Shown here: in pieces, positions 23,685-35,390 of the stretch
How positions within the stretch are numbered: the first letter of the stretch is position 1
Layout: every line of letters starts with the position of its first letter
From: Lytechinus variegatus
Taxonomy: Eukaryota
Direction: 5' to 3'
Assembly: GCF_018143015.1 (NCBI RefSeq)
Contig: NC_054742.1
Location: forward strand, 15,990,441 to 16,054,440
Length of the DNA: 64,000 nt
Notes under the pieces: generated by a model
Told to the model about the DNA's origin: nothing
Database searches by the model: none
Seen by the model: the letters and a program-made list of their open reading frames with translations, nothing else
Translations under genes and position numbers: made by a program

Positions 23685-25640
23685 CCCCCCAAAAAAAAAA
23701 AACCTCCTTGGAAAATATCTTCCTTGCAGACAAATTTTAATGGATGATGGGTGCAAATTTCTTACATAGTTAGACTTATACACTGTAAAATATGAAGTGC
23801 TAATTTAGCACTTACATTGCGTTTGTAGTGACTGCACTAGTGCTGATTTTCTAGTTTAAATTTGAACTAGAAAATCAGCACTCGTTGTGCGGTCAGTATA
23901 CAAGCACTGTAAGTGCTAAATAAGCACTTCTCTTTTACAATGTACGTACATGTTTATACTGTACAGTGCGCGATTCTGTCAAGACCCTTTAATTCCCGGA
24001 TATATATATATTTTTTCATTAAAAAGAAATCTTAGATCACTTTAAAGTCCAGGTCTCTCATTATCTCTCTTCTCAGTCTTTCGGTCACTGTTTAACCACC
24101 ATCGTGCCTCTCTATGACCATCTCTACATCAAGAGTACTGTACGTCGCCTGTTACATATCATTGATGACGAAGATTTTGTGAAATTTGAACACTGTAGGT
24201 CCTTACATCCGCAGCAAGGGGGGTTATAACGAACCTCAACTGTGATATTTGAATAATTATGTACCCTTAAAGGCTATTTCTCTCCTTAACATTTCGGTAG
24301 TAGTGAGTTACCGTCATCTGACCATGTCATGGAGTAAGGAAACAGTTTTAGACCAACAGTTTCCTACTTTTTTCTTCTGATAAAGAATTATTAAGTGCAA
24401 TGTTAGCAGGTAATTAGTATTTTTAAGTATTAAAAAAAGCAACGGAAAGGGTGATGATACCAAACATAATCGCATTTTTACGAGACAATTCCAAGTGAAC
24501 GATTCAGTTTTAATCTTTTTAAAAGCCGTTATGATCATAGAGAATACACATGTTATAGAATTCCAAATGTCTGTGACCGTATGAAAGTCCATTTTTTGTT
24601 TAAAGGGAAACAAAAAAGAAATGAATGCACTAGTATATAATTCTCAATTTCCATACAATTATCATAGTTCCATCTGCCACTGAGGGAAAATACTAAAGAT
24701 TATCTCCCAATGAGCCTTTTTCAGAATGATGTCATTTTCCTAATAATTTATGAATGAACGGGATATAACTCATAAATTTGTTTCATTAAAATATTATCTA
24801 ATAGGATTTTGGCGTATTGGCTAATACATTCTGTCCTGCGAATGTCAGATCTATTTTAATAATTTATATGTCAATTGCGTTTGGCTGTGTATTATGTGGG
24901 AGAGGGTTGGTGTATTTTTGTCTGTATGCATGTACAATGAAATTACTTTTTTTCTTAAGGTATCATTGTATGTCACAATTTTTTTATATTTAAGTTCACT
25001 TTGCAATAGTTTACAATACTAAGTGAACAAATATTTCGAACAACTATTCAATTTTCTTTAGCACCGTTTAGTCATAATCTCCAGATGATATATGAATCAC
25101 AAATTTCCCAGCTAGTTCACATTTTTAAAGTATAGACTTTTTGTTACGTTCATCTTTTCTCAGTTGAGACGTTTCAATTAAGGTCCAGTCCTCCACACAA
25201 TCAAAAGCAAACTAGTGTACGCATAATATGATAGGTCTCCATGTGGATGCAATATAGTCCTTGATCATTAGGGGAAGGCAGGGTAAGTTGAGCATAGGGG
25301 AAAGTTGAGCCACCAGCCCCAGGCTAATAATGAATGAGTAAGACATTGTGGTGGTGTCAGGTATTGATGACCCATAGCATAACCCCTAACCCCACCACAT
25401 TGTTTTCAACTTTGAAACAAAAAGTAGTTTTTTAGAGGGAAAAATATGAATTTCAGCCAAAAAAGTAAAAAAGAGTGGGAAATAGATAAGTGCTTTATAA
25501 ACACACACGTCTATAAATATAATAAAGACATGATACCAACATTATTAGTCCAGGTATGGATCTTCATTCTTGTCATAGTCTTTTATATGATGGATGCATA
25601 ATAAATGTGTGGATACAAAATTATCGCACTAAGTTCGGAC

Positions 25641-28600
25641 GGTTACACTTCGTAATTCCGAAGCTTCGTAATTCCGAAGGTTCTTTATTCCGAAGGTTCG
25701 TAATTCCGAAACACGTAAATTGCCTATACCTCGATGTTCGTTAATCCGAAAACGAAAAGGGGTTCGTTAATCCGAACATTTGTGGCGTAATTCCGACGAT
25801 TCGTTATTCCGAAGGTTCGATAATCCGAAAACGAAATAAGGTTCGTTGTTCCGAAGGTTCGTTAATCCGAAAACGAAATAAGGTTCGTTGTTCCGAAGGT
25901 TCGTTAATCCGAAAACGAAAAAAGGTTCGTTGTTCCGAAGGTTCGTTGATCCGAAAACGAAATAAGGTTCGTTTTTCCGAAGGTTCGTTAATCCGAAAAC
26001 GAAATAAGGTTCGTTTTTCCGAAGGTTCGTTAATCCGAAAACGAAATAAGGTTCGTTTATCCGAAAACAAAATAAGGTTCGTTAATCCGAAAACAAAATA
26101 AGGTTCGTTAATCCGAAAAATGGAAACCGGGAAAGCAGAGGCAGAGGCAAGGGGAGGGGGGCGGGGGACACTTTTGCCGTTCAATTATTATGAGGATGGG
26201 AAGGCAAGGGCGGCCGAACGAATTTTCGTTGGGGGTAAAGCCAAAAAATGAAACTCATACGTCAAAATGGGCACTTTGGTGATATTTTCACCTTAAGATT
26301 ATCATCTGCTTGAAGTCATTGCGTGTTTGATAGTGATTAAGTAGAGACAAACCTTTTTTGAAGTGACTTCTTATTATGGCAAAATGTATATTTAGGCTTT
26401 ATTTTCGGGAGAGAGTATAATGAGCGAGCGGCTTGGTAAAACAAATTCAAAGGTGAAGTTGTATAACGTTTTTTGTGGTCAATTATTCTTAAAATGGCAT
26501 TATTGCGAGGTGTTGCGAGCGTGAATCACAAGCTAAAACTTTAGGTTATTTCAATAAAAAATGAAAATTAGTTTTTAAAAATCCGAGCAGATTTCTGCTG
26601 TCATTAAAAAGATGTGCATCTAACTAAAGAATTAACACGAGCGCAAAACGCGAGCTTAAACATACTGACCAGAAAAGGAACCTGTTAAAGAAAGCATTTA
26701 GTGACCTTTTTAGGATGCATATTTCACCAATCGAATGAGAGTGCGAAGCGCAAGCTGAAAATTTTCAATATTCCAGCCTGAAAACTTAACTTAACTTGTA
26801 TACTTTAAAAAGAGTATTTTATTTCGAAAAAACATGAAAAACGGCATATTTATTTTTGAAGAAGGAACTTTCCCATTTTGGAAAATATTAATTCCCATGT
26901 TTTTTATTTCATTTTTGATGCCCCCTGCCTCCCTCCCGACCTGATCTAAAGGGGACATTTTAAGAACTTTTTGCAGTTAGCCATGAAGACGATGCGTGTT
27001 TTAACCAATGGCGGCGGAACGTATTTTTTTTGGGGGGGGGGGCAAAGCAAAAAAAAGGGGCCAATAGGGGCAATTTGGTGCAAACGGATATTTTCACCAT
27101 TAGATTATCATCTGTGTAAAGAGGTTGTGTGTTTTGTAGTAACTAAATTGAGCAAAATTTTTTAAGTGATCACTAAAGTTATATATTTACGTTTCATTTC
27201 TGCGAGCGTAGAGAGCAAGCGGTTTGGGGGAAAAAGTCAAATCTGAAGATGTAAAATTCACCTTTTTGGTCAATTACTGTTAAAAGGGCATCCTTGTGAG
27301 ATGTTGCGAGCGAATCACGTGCTCAAACTTTTGGAAATTCCATGTGGGCCTAGAATGATAATATTGATATAGATATTATTTACCCAGGGAAGCCACTTCA
27401 GTTCTGAAAACTATTCTCCCAGCTATTATTATTTTTTTTACAAGAATGCTTAGAATGTCCAGTTTTCAGGTTGGAAAATCGGAAAAATTTGGCTCACGTT
27501 TCTCGCTCGCATCAAGTATTGTTTATTGAGGAACTCATTCTATTCCTGGTTACAAAAAGAAGAAGTATGAAATGTCCAGTTTTCAGGTTGGAATATCACA
27601 AATTTTAAGCTTGCGGTTCGCGCTCTCATTATTTAGTTCGTAAGATATATATTCTATTCATGAGTCACTTAATGCAGTCCTTAAAAGATTACTTTCTGAA
27701 GCCTGTTGCATAAAACTTTTTACCTGAGAAAACTCTGGTAAAAAATGAAAACTAAGGTTAGTCTGATTTCCGCCACTGACTTTAGCACAGGGCAAAAACT
27801 CCTGTAAAAACAACCTGAGTTTTCTCAGGTAAAAAGTTTCATGCAACGGGCCCCAGGTCAGTATATAAACAAATTACAGCTCGCCCTCGCATTAATTCTT
27901 TAGAAAGATACACATCTTTCTCACGATTACAAAAAATGCTTCAAATGCTCACTTCACGTCTTGTTACATGAAATGTCTACTAGTTTGAGCTTGCGATTCG
28001 CTTTCAACATCTCACAAGGATCATTATTAGTATTATTTTTATTACCAGCAGAAGCTGTTATTAAAAATGACATCCCCTCCAATACAAATCCTATTATCTA
28101 GAGGTTGCTCGCACGCTTCCAACACACTTGATCCCCTGCATCTTTAATTAAACCATTTGCTTATAGGCAGCAATTGCTCAGATCGAAATTAGCCTATGCT
28201 TGATCAGGGCGCCTATATTCTTAATGAAATACATGCTTTGGCCCCAACACACGCATGTATCATCGATCGTTATTACTATCATTGCATAATATCGTGTAAT
28301 CTTGTAATGACAACATCGTTTTTGTTACCAAAATGAATTATTTTCATATTCGGAAATACGAACCTTATTTAATTTTCGGATTAACGAACCTTATTTCGTT
28401 TTCGGATTAACGAACCTTATTTCGTTTTCGGATTAACGAACCTTCGGAATTACGAACCTTATTTCGTTTTCGGATTAACGAACCTTCGGAATTACGAACC
28501 TTATTTTGTTTTCGGATTAACGAACCTTCGGAATTACGAACCTTATTTCGTTTTAGGATTAACGAACCTTCGGAATTACGAACCTTATTTCGTTTTCGGA

Positions 28601-28713
28601 TTGACGAACCTTCGGAATTACGAACCTTCGGAATTACGAACCTTCGGAAATACGAACCTTCGGAATAACCGAACCTTCGGAATTACGAAGCTTCGGAATT
28701 ACGAATGTATGCG
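25641..28713. mobile_element. Foldback-type transposable element (copy 1): long terminal inverted arms composed of ~30-bp tandem subrepeats, ~2.2-kb internal region, flanked by a perfect 9-bp target-site duplication AGTTCGGAC (25632-25640 and 28714-28722).
   Basis: The left arm 25641-26115 is ~16 tandem copies of 'ggttcgttaatccgaaaacgaaataa' / 'ttcgtaattccgaagg'. The right arm 28350-28713 is the reverse complement ('cgaaccttatttcgttttcggattaacgaaccttcggaattacgaa'). Ends are GGTTACACTTCG...CGAATGTATGCG. The internal region carries copies of the dispersed GCGAGCG family. Confidence 0.8.
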
Positions 28714-30054
28714 AGTTCGGACTGGGGTAAGTTGAGCCAAACAGCATGGGGCAAGTTGAGCCATGGTAATTCCTATGGTAATGTATCTTAAAAAAACAAA
28801 CAAACCATAAAAATCGATTGAAATGCTGGCTGAAAGGAGCAAATTTACATGACTGTTCTTTTCCTTTTAAAGGATGTTAGTATTTATAGAGAATTAGCAA
28901 GTGAAAAGACTTAATACCAAAAATTGACATGCTGGTTCTCCCCTCATACATTTTGTACATAGTTTTTGTGGCTCAACTTACCCCAGAAGGTGGCTCAAAC
29001 TTACCCCATATATGGGGCAAGTTGTGCCATTTGACATCGTTTTTTTCAAAGGTCACGATGACTTTAAGTGTGGGGATAGAAAGTTATATATAGGTGGAAA
29101 ATATTTCAGAAGAATTAAATTTCAAGGCAAGGTACTTATTTCGACAAGATTATTAATCATATCAATTCTTACATGCAAAAAGCAAAAACTGTCACAACTT
29201 ACCCCGCCTTCCCCTATCTATTGTAGCTTTTAATGAAATTGTCAGTCTTCGATTTTTTCTGTCTGTTTTGTCATCTTATTTCTATCATTATTTTCTGTTC
29301 ATCATTTCTCCTTTCCGTATTATACCCATGCTGTGTGTTTTTCGTTTATACACACTTAAAATATTGGGCAACATGCTGTCCAATGTGTAGGTTAATACAT
29401 GTTGGTAAAAAATATATATTTGGGCAATTATTATCCAATTCAGCAAATTAATAACCCAATTATTAGTTTTTATTACCCATCTTGGGCAGATTTTAAACAA
29501 TAGTTATGTGGACAGCATGTTGTCCAGGGATGGTTAAAAGTTGGGTGGTTTTTTTTTGCCAACTTTTTAAGAGTGAATTTATGTTTCTGTTTGAGACTCC
29601 CTCTTCATCTCTGCTCGCGAACCCCTCGATCCCCCTTCTCTTTCTATCTCTCTCTTCTATCTATCTTTCTTGAATCTCTATTCCCCTCATTCCTCTTCCC
29701 TTTTCAATCTGTCCTGAATGTATCTTCCAATATAGGAAAGAATCATTATTAGTGGAACATGAGCTATAAGTAGAATCCATTGCTCTGTGCATGCCTCTCC
29801 CTTTTAACGATGCAAAGTAAATTTAATGTTTTTGACGTCACAGTGATGATTTTCAAGTCCTTTTCGAAACATGGTATAATCTTCTGATATTACAGTAATA
29901 CATAACATATAAAATGAAGGTTGTAATATTAACGTGATTGGAACGTGGGTAGATGATTGGGTAGAACTATACACAATAATGTGGTTTGGAATGGGAAGCC
30001 GACTAAAAACAAAAATTACTATCAATATTGATCCCAATTTACATTCTTGCTTAA

Positions 30055-30966
30055 GGCGCTGTCACACCTTGGCGTTTTAGACTGCGTATGCCCGACGTAT
30101 GAGGAATTTGGCGAATACGCTGGCGAACGTCGAATACGTTACGGGTAAGTTTTGCATACGTTAAGAGTACGCTAAAACACGCTGGTATACGTCGTCATAC
30201 GGCGAGGTCGTCGAAAAATTTTGTGCAAGCACAAAATTTTTCGACGTATGCCAGCGTATGGCTCATACGTCCCGCATAAGCGGGCCATAAGTTGTAGGCA
30301 AGTTACGCGATCGTTGATACACGTTGACACACGTTACTCGTAAGTTACTCATAAGTCGATGTACGTCGAGATAATGTCCAGCGTACCCTAAAACTTACTT
30401 CTAACCTATGAGTAACGTGCTTTGAACGTATGTGTAACTTAACTCCAACGTATATTGACGTATGAAGACGTGCTCCGGACGACCACAAAACTTACTGAAC
30501 ATGTTTATAACTTACAGCTACCGTATAAAGGCGTATTGACAACGTTTATAGGGATTGGTATACAAAGGTGGGGTTCACAGGAGTTTTCTTCGGCATGGCG
30601 GTGGTGTTGATACGGTGATGTATCGTGCGGTTATGATTTGAATAGTCGAGGGCAGCCTTTTTATAGGCTACGACACGTGTTCGTCAGCGATACGCTGCCG
30701 CGCTATGCGTAAGTTAGGCTATCGTAGGGCATAAGTTGTGTACGCTAGCAATACGCTAAGCATTCGTTGGAATACGTTACTTATAAGTTAACGAAGCGTT
30801 CGATATAAGTTACTGATACGTTATGTATACGTCCAACTCGTTATGAATACGCTAAGTATACGCCCAGAGTTGAAAAAAAAATCAAAGTTCAGCGTATGCC
30901 GACGTTTTAGAGAAATTTTGATACGTCGGGCATACGCTGTCTAAAACGCCAAGGTGTGACACCACC
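30055..30966. mobile_element. Non-autonomous TIR element (MITE-like, 912 bp) with ~40-bp terminal inverted repeats, flanked by TTAA on both sides (30051-30054 and 30967-30970), which is piggyBac-type target-site behaviour; the interior is extraordinarily CG/'TACG'-rich.
   Basis: The left end is 'ggcgctGTCACACCTTGGCGTTTTAGACtGCGTATGCCCGACGTAT'. The right end is 'ATACGTCGGGCATACGCtGTCTAAAACGCCAAGGTGTGACaccacc'. Flanks are 'cttgcTTAA|gg...' and '...cc|TTAActaat'. There is no ORF of 60 aa or more inside. Confidence 0.65.
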
Positions 30967-31199
30967 TTAACTAATATAGCTTTGGTATCACATCTTTATT
31001 TGCCTCTCTTTGAATATTGAATTTTTGTAACAATGCATGTATATAGTACTAAATTACAATATGGACCAATGCCTATCTTTTTTTGCTATTATCTCATCGA
31101 CCAAGCATCTCACCTTTTAATTCTCTTCGTTGATTTATATTCTTGGGAAATTTTTATCACTTACTGCTATTTTTTTACAAGGTTAAAACCAGCTTTGCG

Positions 31200-31480
31200 T
31201 CCATACTTTCCTCCTATTTTTCTTATTCTCCTCTTGCTGTTGGCCTTTTTTCCATTTTTTTCCTTTACTTCCCCTCCTTTACCTTTTCTTTCCTTTCTGT
31301 CTCTTTCCTCCCACTCTCTTGATTTTTTTACTCTTTTCCTCATACATCCTATCTCATGCTCTCTCTTTCTTTCTCTTCCTTTCTCATTTGCTTTTTATAC
31401 ACATATTTACTGTTTCCCGTAATCTTGGTTTCCCCCTCTCTCTCCCTCTCTTCTTTTTATTTCCTTTATGTTGAATGTTC
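31200..31480. repeat. Polypyrimidine (CT-rich, CTTTC-like) low-complexity block; duplicate at 40560-40830; a similar block lies at 10970-11110.
   Basis: Direct reading. It generates the Leu/Phe/Ser-rich pseudo-ORFs 31033-31422, 40557-40784, 40681-40965 and 10875-11132. Confidence 0.85.
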
Positions 31481-33382
31481 CTGTATTCAATGTTTATACA
31501 TGTAATATAGCATTTAATGCCCGAGTTGCGTTCTGTTCGAATTACACCTTCACACTTCTTAATGTTTGTACATGCTTCATCGATCAACATGTTACTTTTT
31601 AAATTAATTTTTGTCATCGTCTTTTTCCCTGGTATATCTTTTTAGGATTGTGTAAAATAATAATCGATTGGTTGTAATTGGTGACAAGGCCATATAGGAA
31701 GCGGGGTGCATGCTAGGGATGCTGTTTGTATTATTCTCCATAGGCAGTGAGCACGGGCAGCACCCCATTGGAATTTTGTATGAACAATTGATAAATTTAA
31801 CAAAAATGATTATTTATTTTTATTTATTTATTTATTTCCACATCTTTATCCAGAGTAGTCTGTTCAGCTTTATACAAACAAATATGTAAAATTACACAAT
31901 ATATACAATTAAAATATTCATTAAAAATCGCTGATCTGAACTTTTCATTGAAACCCTTTTTTTTTTACTTGTCAAAATTCTCAGGACCAAAATCACCTTA
32001 ATTTCTCAGTGCACTTTATTTATCTATTTATTTATTATTTATTTATTTATTCATTTTATTTTTTTTTTTTTATTATTATTATTTTTTTTGGGGGGGGCTT
32101 GTCAAATTAACATTAGTACCCCCAGTCAAAAAAATGTTCCGAGGGCCCTACAATAATGCGAGCGCGAAGCCCGAGCTGAAAGTATTTGATATTCCGATCT
32201 GAAAGAAAGGTGATTTTATGCGCTATTTTAAGCACTGTGTAGGAAAATTCTGAAGTGGATATGGATCGCATTTAATAAATGATGCCACACCATATGACGG
32301 ACATTTTATAGAGCACTTTAAAAAAGCGTTCAAGCCTCCTAAATGGGATCTGCGTGCCTCTTTCATTAAAGAATAGGGGAAATTCAAACTCCGCCTATGG
32401 GCGGATCCACAGCCCCTTCTTTTTCTTTTTCTCCTTCTTCTTCTTTTCTGTCTTTCTTTTTGTTTTGTCTTCTTCTTCTTTCATAGGCTAGGTCAAACAT
32501 AAACGATAAATCCGCATCAATAACTACCAAGTTTCGATAAATTTTATTGACCTCAATTCACAGATAAGCCATCATACCCGATACCCGTACATCTTCTAAA
32601 AAAATTAAATCAAACCATGCAACGCTGTTTTTCTGTTCCATCAACTTGTTACTGATCAAACCACATTCGAGGGACACTATGAAGAGAAAAAATTCCAAAT
32701 CAAAATTTAAAATCTACTGAAAATGATTTTGTTTTACCTTGGTTCATAGACAAGTCATGTCTGTATATATTTTACAGTAAAACAACAACATCAATAAGTT
32801 ACTGCCGTTTTTAATATCTGCTATTGGAAAGACAATGAATATTCACTGTAGATGAAAAAAAAACAATTTAAAATCGACAGAAAAATTAGTTTCACCAGCT
32901 TCACTGTACTAGCACTTTGATATTTTAAACGATTTATGTTTATTCTTATATGTTTCATTTTTTTTTTGCTTACCCGGATTATAGTTGCCCTCAGCTCGCT
33001 TTAAAAAATAGACGTAGAGGGTAGTCTTCAGTTTTCTGTTTTGTCAAAGCGTAAAATGAAGAACAAACCCCCCCCCATAAAAATCAAATAGGAATAGGCC
33101 TATCAAAGCAAAAACTACAAATTAATTGAAAATACGTGTTTAATTTTCAACAACAAATACAAATAGAAGAAGTAAAAACGGTTGTTAAATTTCCATTATA
33201 CAGAGAAATTATAGGAAAATAATATCTCATTAGAAAAAAAGAAAAACGGTTCATTTGTTATATATTTCATTTTAGATATTTTATAACTGATAAAAATTAT
33301 TGATTAACAAAAAATTTTCCTGTTTACAATGACAAATTCATATTTTATTTTCAAAAATCAATATAATCAAGACTATACTACA

Positions 33383-33434
<52 letters not shown>

Positions 33435-35390
33435 CCCCCCAAAAAAAAAAAACCTCCTTGGAAAATATCTTCCTTGCAGACAAATTTTAATGGATGATGG
33501 GTGCAAATTTCTTACATAGTTAGACTTATACACTGTAAAATATGAAGTGCTAATTTAGCACTTACATTGCGTTTGTAGTGACTGCACTAGTGCTGATTTT
33601 CTAGTTTAAATTTGAACTAGAAAATCAGCACTCGTTGTGCGGTCAGTATACAAGCACTGTAAGTGCTAAATAAGCACTTCTCTTTTACAATGTACGTACA
33701 TGTTTATACTGTACAGTGCGCGATTCTGTCAAGACCCTTTAATTCCCGGATATATATATATTTTTTCATTAAAAAGAAATCTTAGATCACTTTAAAGTCC
33801 AGGTCTCTCATTATCTCTCTTCTCAGTCTTTCGGTCACTGTTTAACCACCATCGTGCCTCTCTATGACCATCTCTACATCAAGAGTACTGTACGTCGCCT
33901 GTTACATATCATTGATGACGAAGATTTTGTGAAATTTGAACACTGTAGGTCCTTACATCCGCAGCAAGGGGGGTTATAACGAACCTCAACTGTGATATTT
34001 GAATAATTATGTACCCTTAAAGGCTATTTCTCTCCTTAACATTTCGGTAGTAGTGAGTTACCGTCATCTGACCATGTCATGGAGTAAGGAAACAGTTTTA
34101 GACCAACAGTTTCCTACTTTTTTCTTCTGATAAAGAATTATTAAGTGCAATGTTAGCAGGTAATTAGTATTTTTAAGTATTAAAAAAAGCAACGGAAAGG
34201 GTGATGATACCAAACATAATCGCATTTTTACGAGACAATTCCAAGTTAACGATTCAGTTTTAATCTTTTTAAAAGCCGTTATGATCATAGAGAATACACA
34301 TGTTATAGAATTCCAAATGTCTGTGACCGTATGAAAGTCCATTTTTTGTTTAAAGGGAAACAAAAAAGAAATGAATGCACTAGTATATAATTCTCAATTT
34401 CCATACAATTATCATAGTTCCATCTGCCACTGAGGGAAAATACTAAAGATTATCTCCCAATGAGCCTTTTTCAGAATGATGTCATTTTCCTAATAATTTA
34501 TGAATGAACGGGATATAACTCATAAATTTGTTTCATTAAAATATTATCTAATAGGATTTTGGCGTATTGGCTAATACATTCTGTCCTGCGAAGGTCAGAT
34601 CTATTTTAATAATTTATATGTCAATTGCGTTTGGCTGTGTATTATGTGGGAGAGGGTTGGTGTATTTTTGTCTGTATGCATGTACAATGAAATTACTTTT
34701 TTTCTTAAGGTATCATTGTATGTCACAATTTTTTTATATTTAAGTTCACTTTGCAATAGTTTACAATACTAAGTGAACAAATATTTCGAACAACTATTCA
34801 ATTTTCTTTAGCACCGTTTAGTCATAATCTCCAGATGATATATGAATCACAAATTTCCCAGCTAGTTCACATTTTTAAAGTATAGACTTTTTGTTACGTT
34901 CATCTTTTCTCAGTTGAGACGTTTCAATTAAGGTCCAGTCCTCCACACAATCAAAAGCAAACTAGTGTACGCATAATATGATAGGTCTCCATGTGGATGC
35001 AATATAGTCCTTGATCATTAGGGGAAGGCAGGGTAAGTTGAGCATAGGGGAAAGTTGAGCCACCAGCCCCAGGCTAATAATGAATGAGTAAGACATTGTG
35101 GTGGTGTCAGGTATTGATGACCCATAGCATAACCCCTAACCCCACCACATTGTTTTCAACTTTGAAACAAAAAGTAGTTTTTTAGAGGGAAAAATATGAA
35201 TTTCAGCCAAAAAAGTAAAAAAGAGTGGGAAATAGATAAGTGCTTTATAAACACACACGTCTATAAATATAATAAAGACATGATACCAACATTATTAGTC
35301 CAGGTATGGATCTTCATTCTTGTCATAGTCTTTTATATGATGGATGCATAATAAATGTGTGGATACAAAATTATCGCACTAAGTTCGGAC

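Larger units (their letters stand above)
21941..31679. repeat. Copy 1 (9739 bp) of a near-identical direct tandem duplication; copy 2 follows immediately.
   Basis: Sequence from 'ggtgacaaggccatataggaagcggggtgcatgctaggg' (21941) to '...cgattggttgtaatt' (31679) recurs at 31680-~41040. Every landmark recurs at a +9.3 to +9.7-kb offset: the (TA)n/(C)n/(A)n tract, ORF 24314/34064, ORF 25556/35306, the foldback element, the TTAA element and the CT-rich block. Confidence 0.9.

Noticed and set aside
25804-26184. 126-aa minus-strand ORF with repeated 'RTLFRFRINEPSEK' peptide
   Set aside because: It is simply the translation of the 30-bp tandem subrepeat array of the foldback element's left arm; its periodicity equals the repeat unit and there is no start or splice context.
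31033-31422. 129-aa ORF rich in Leu/Phe/Ser (and duplicates 40557-40965, 10875-11132)
   Set aside because: It is the translation of CT-rich polypyrimidine low-complexity sequence, not a gene.
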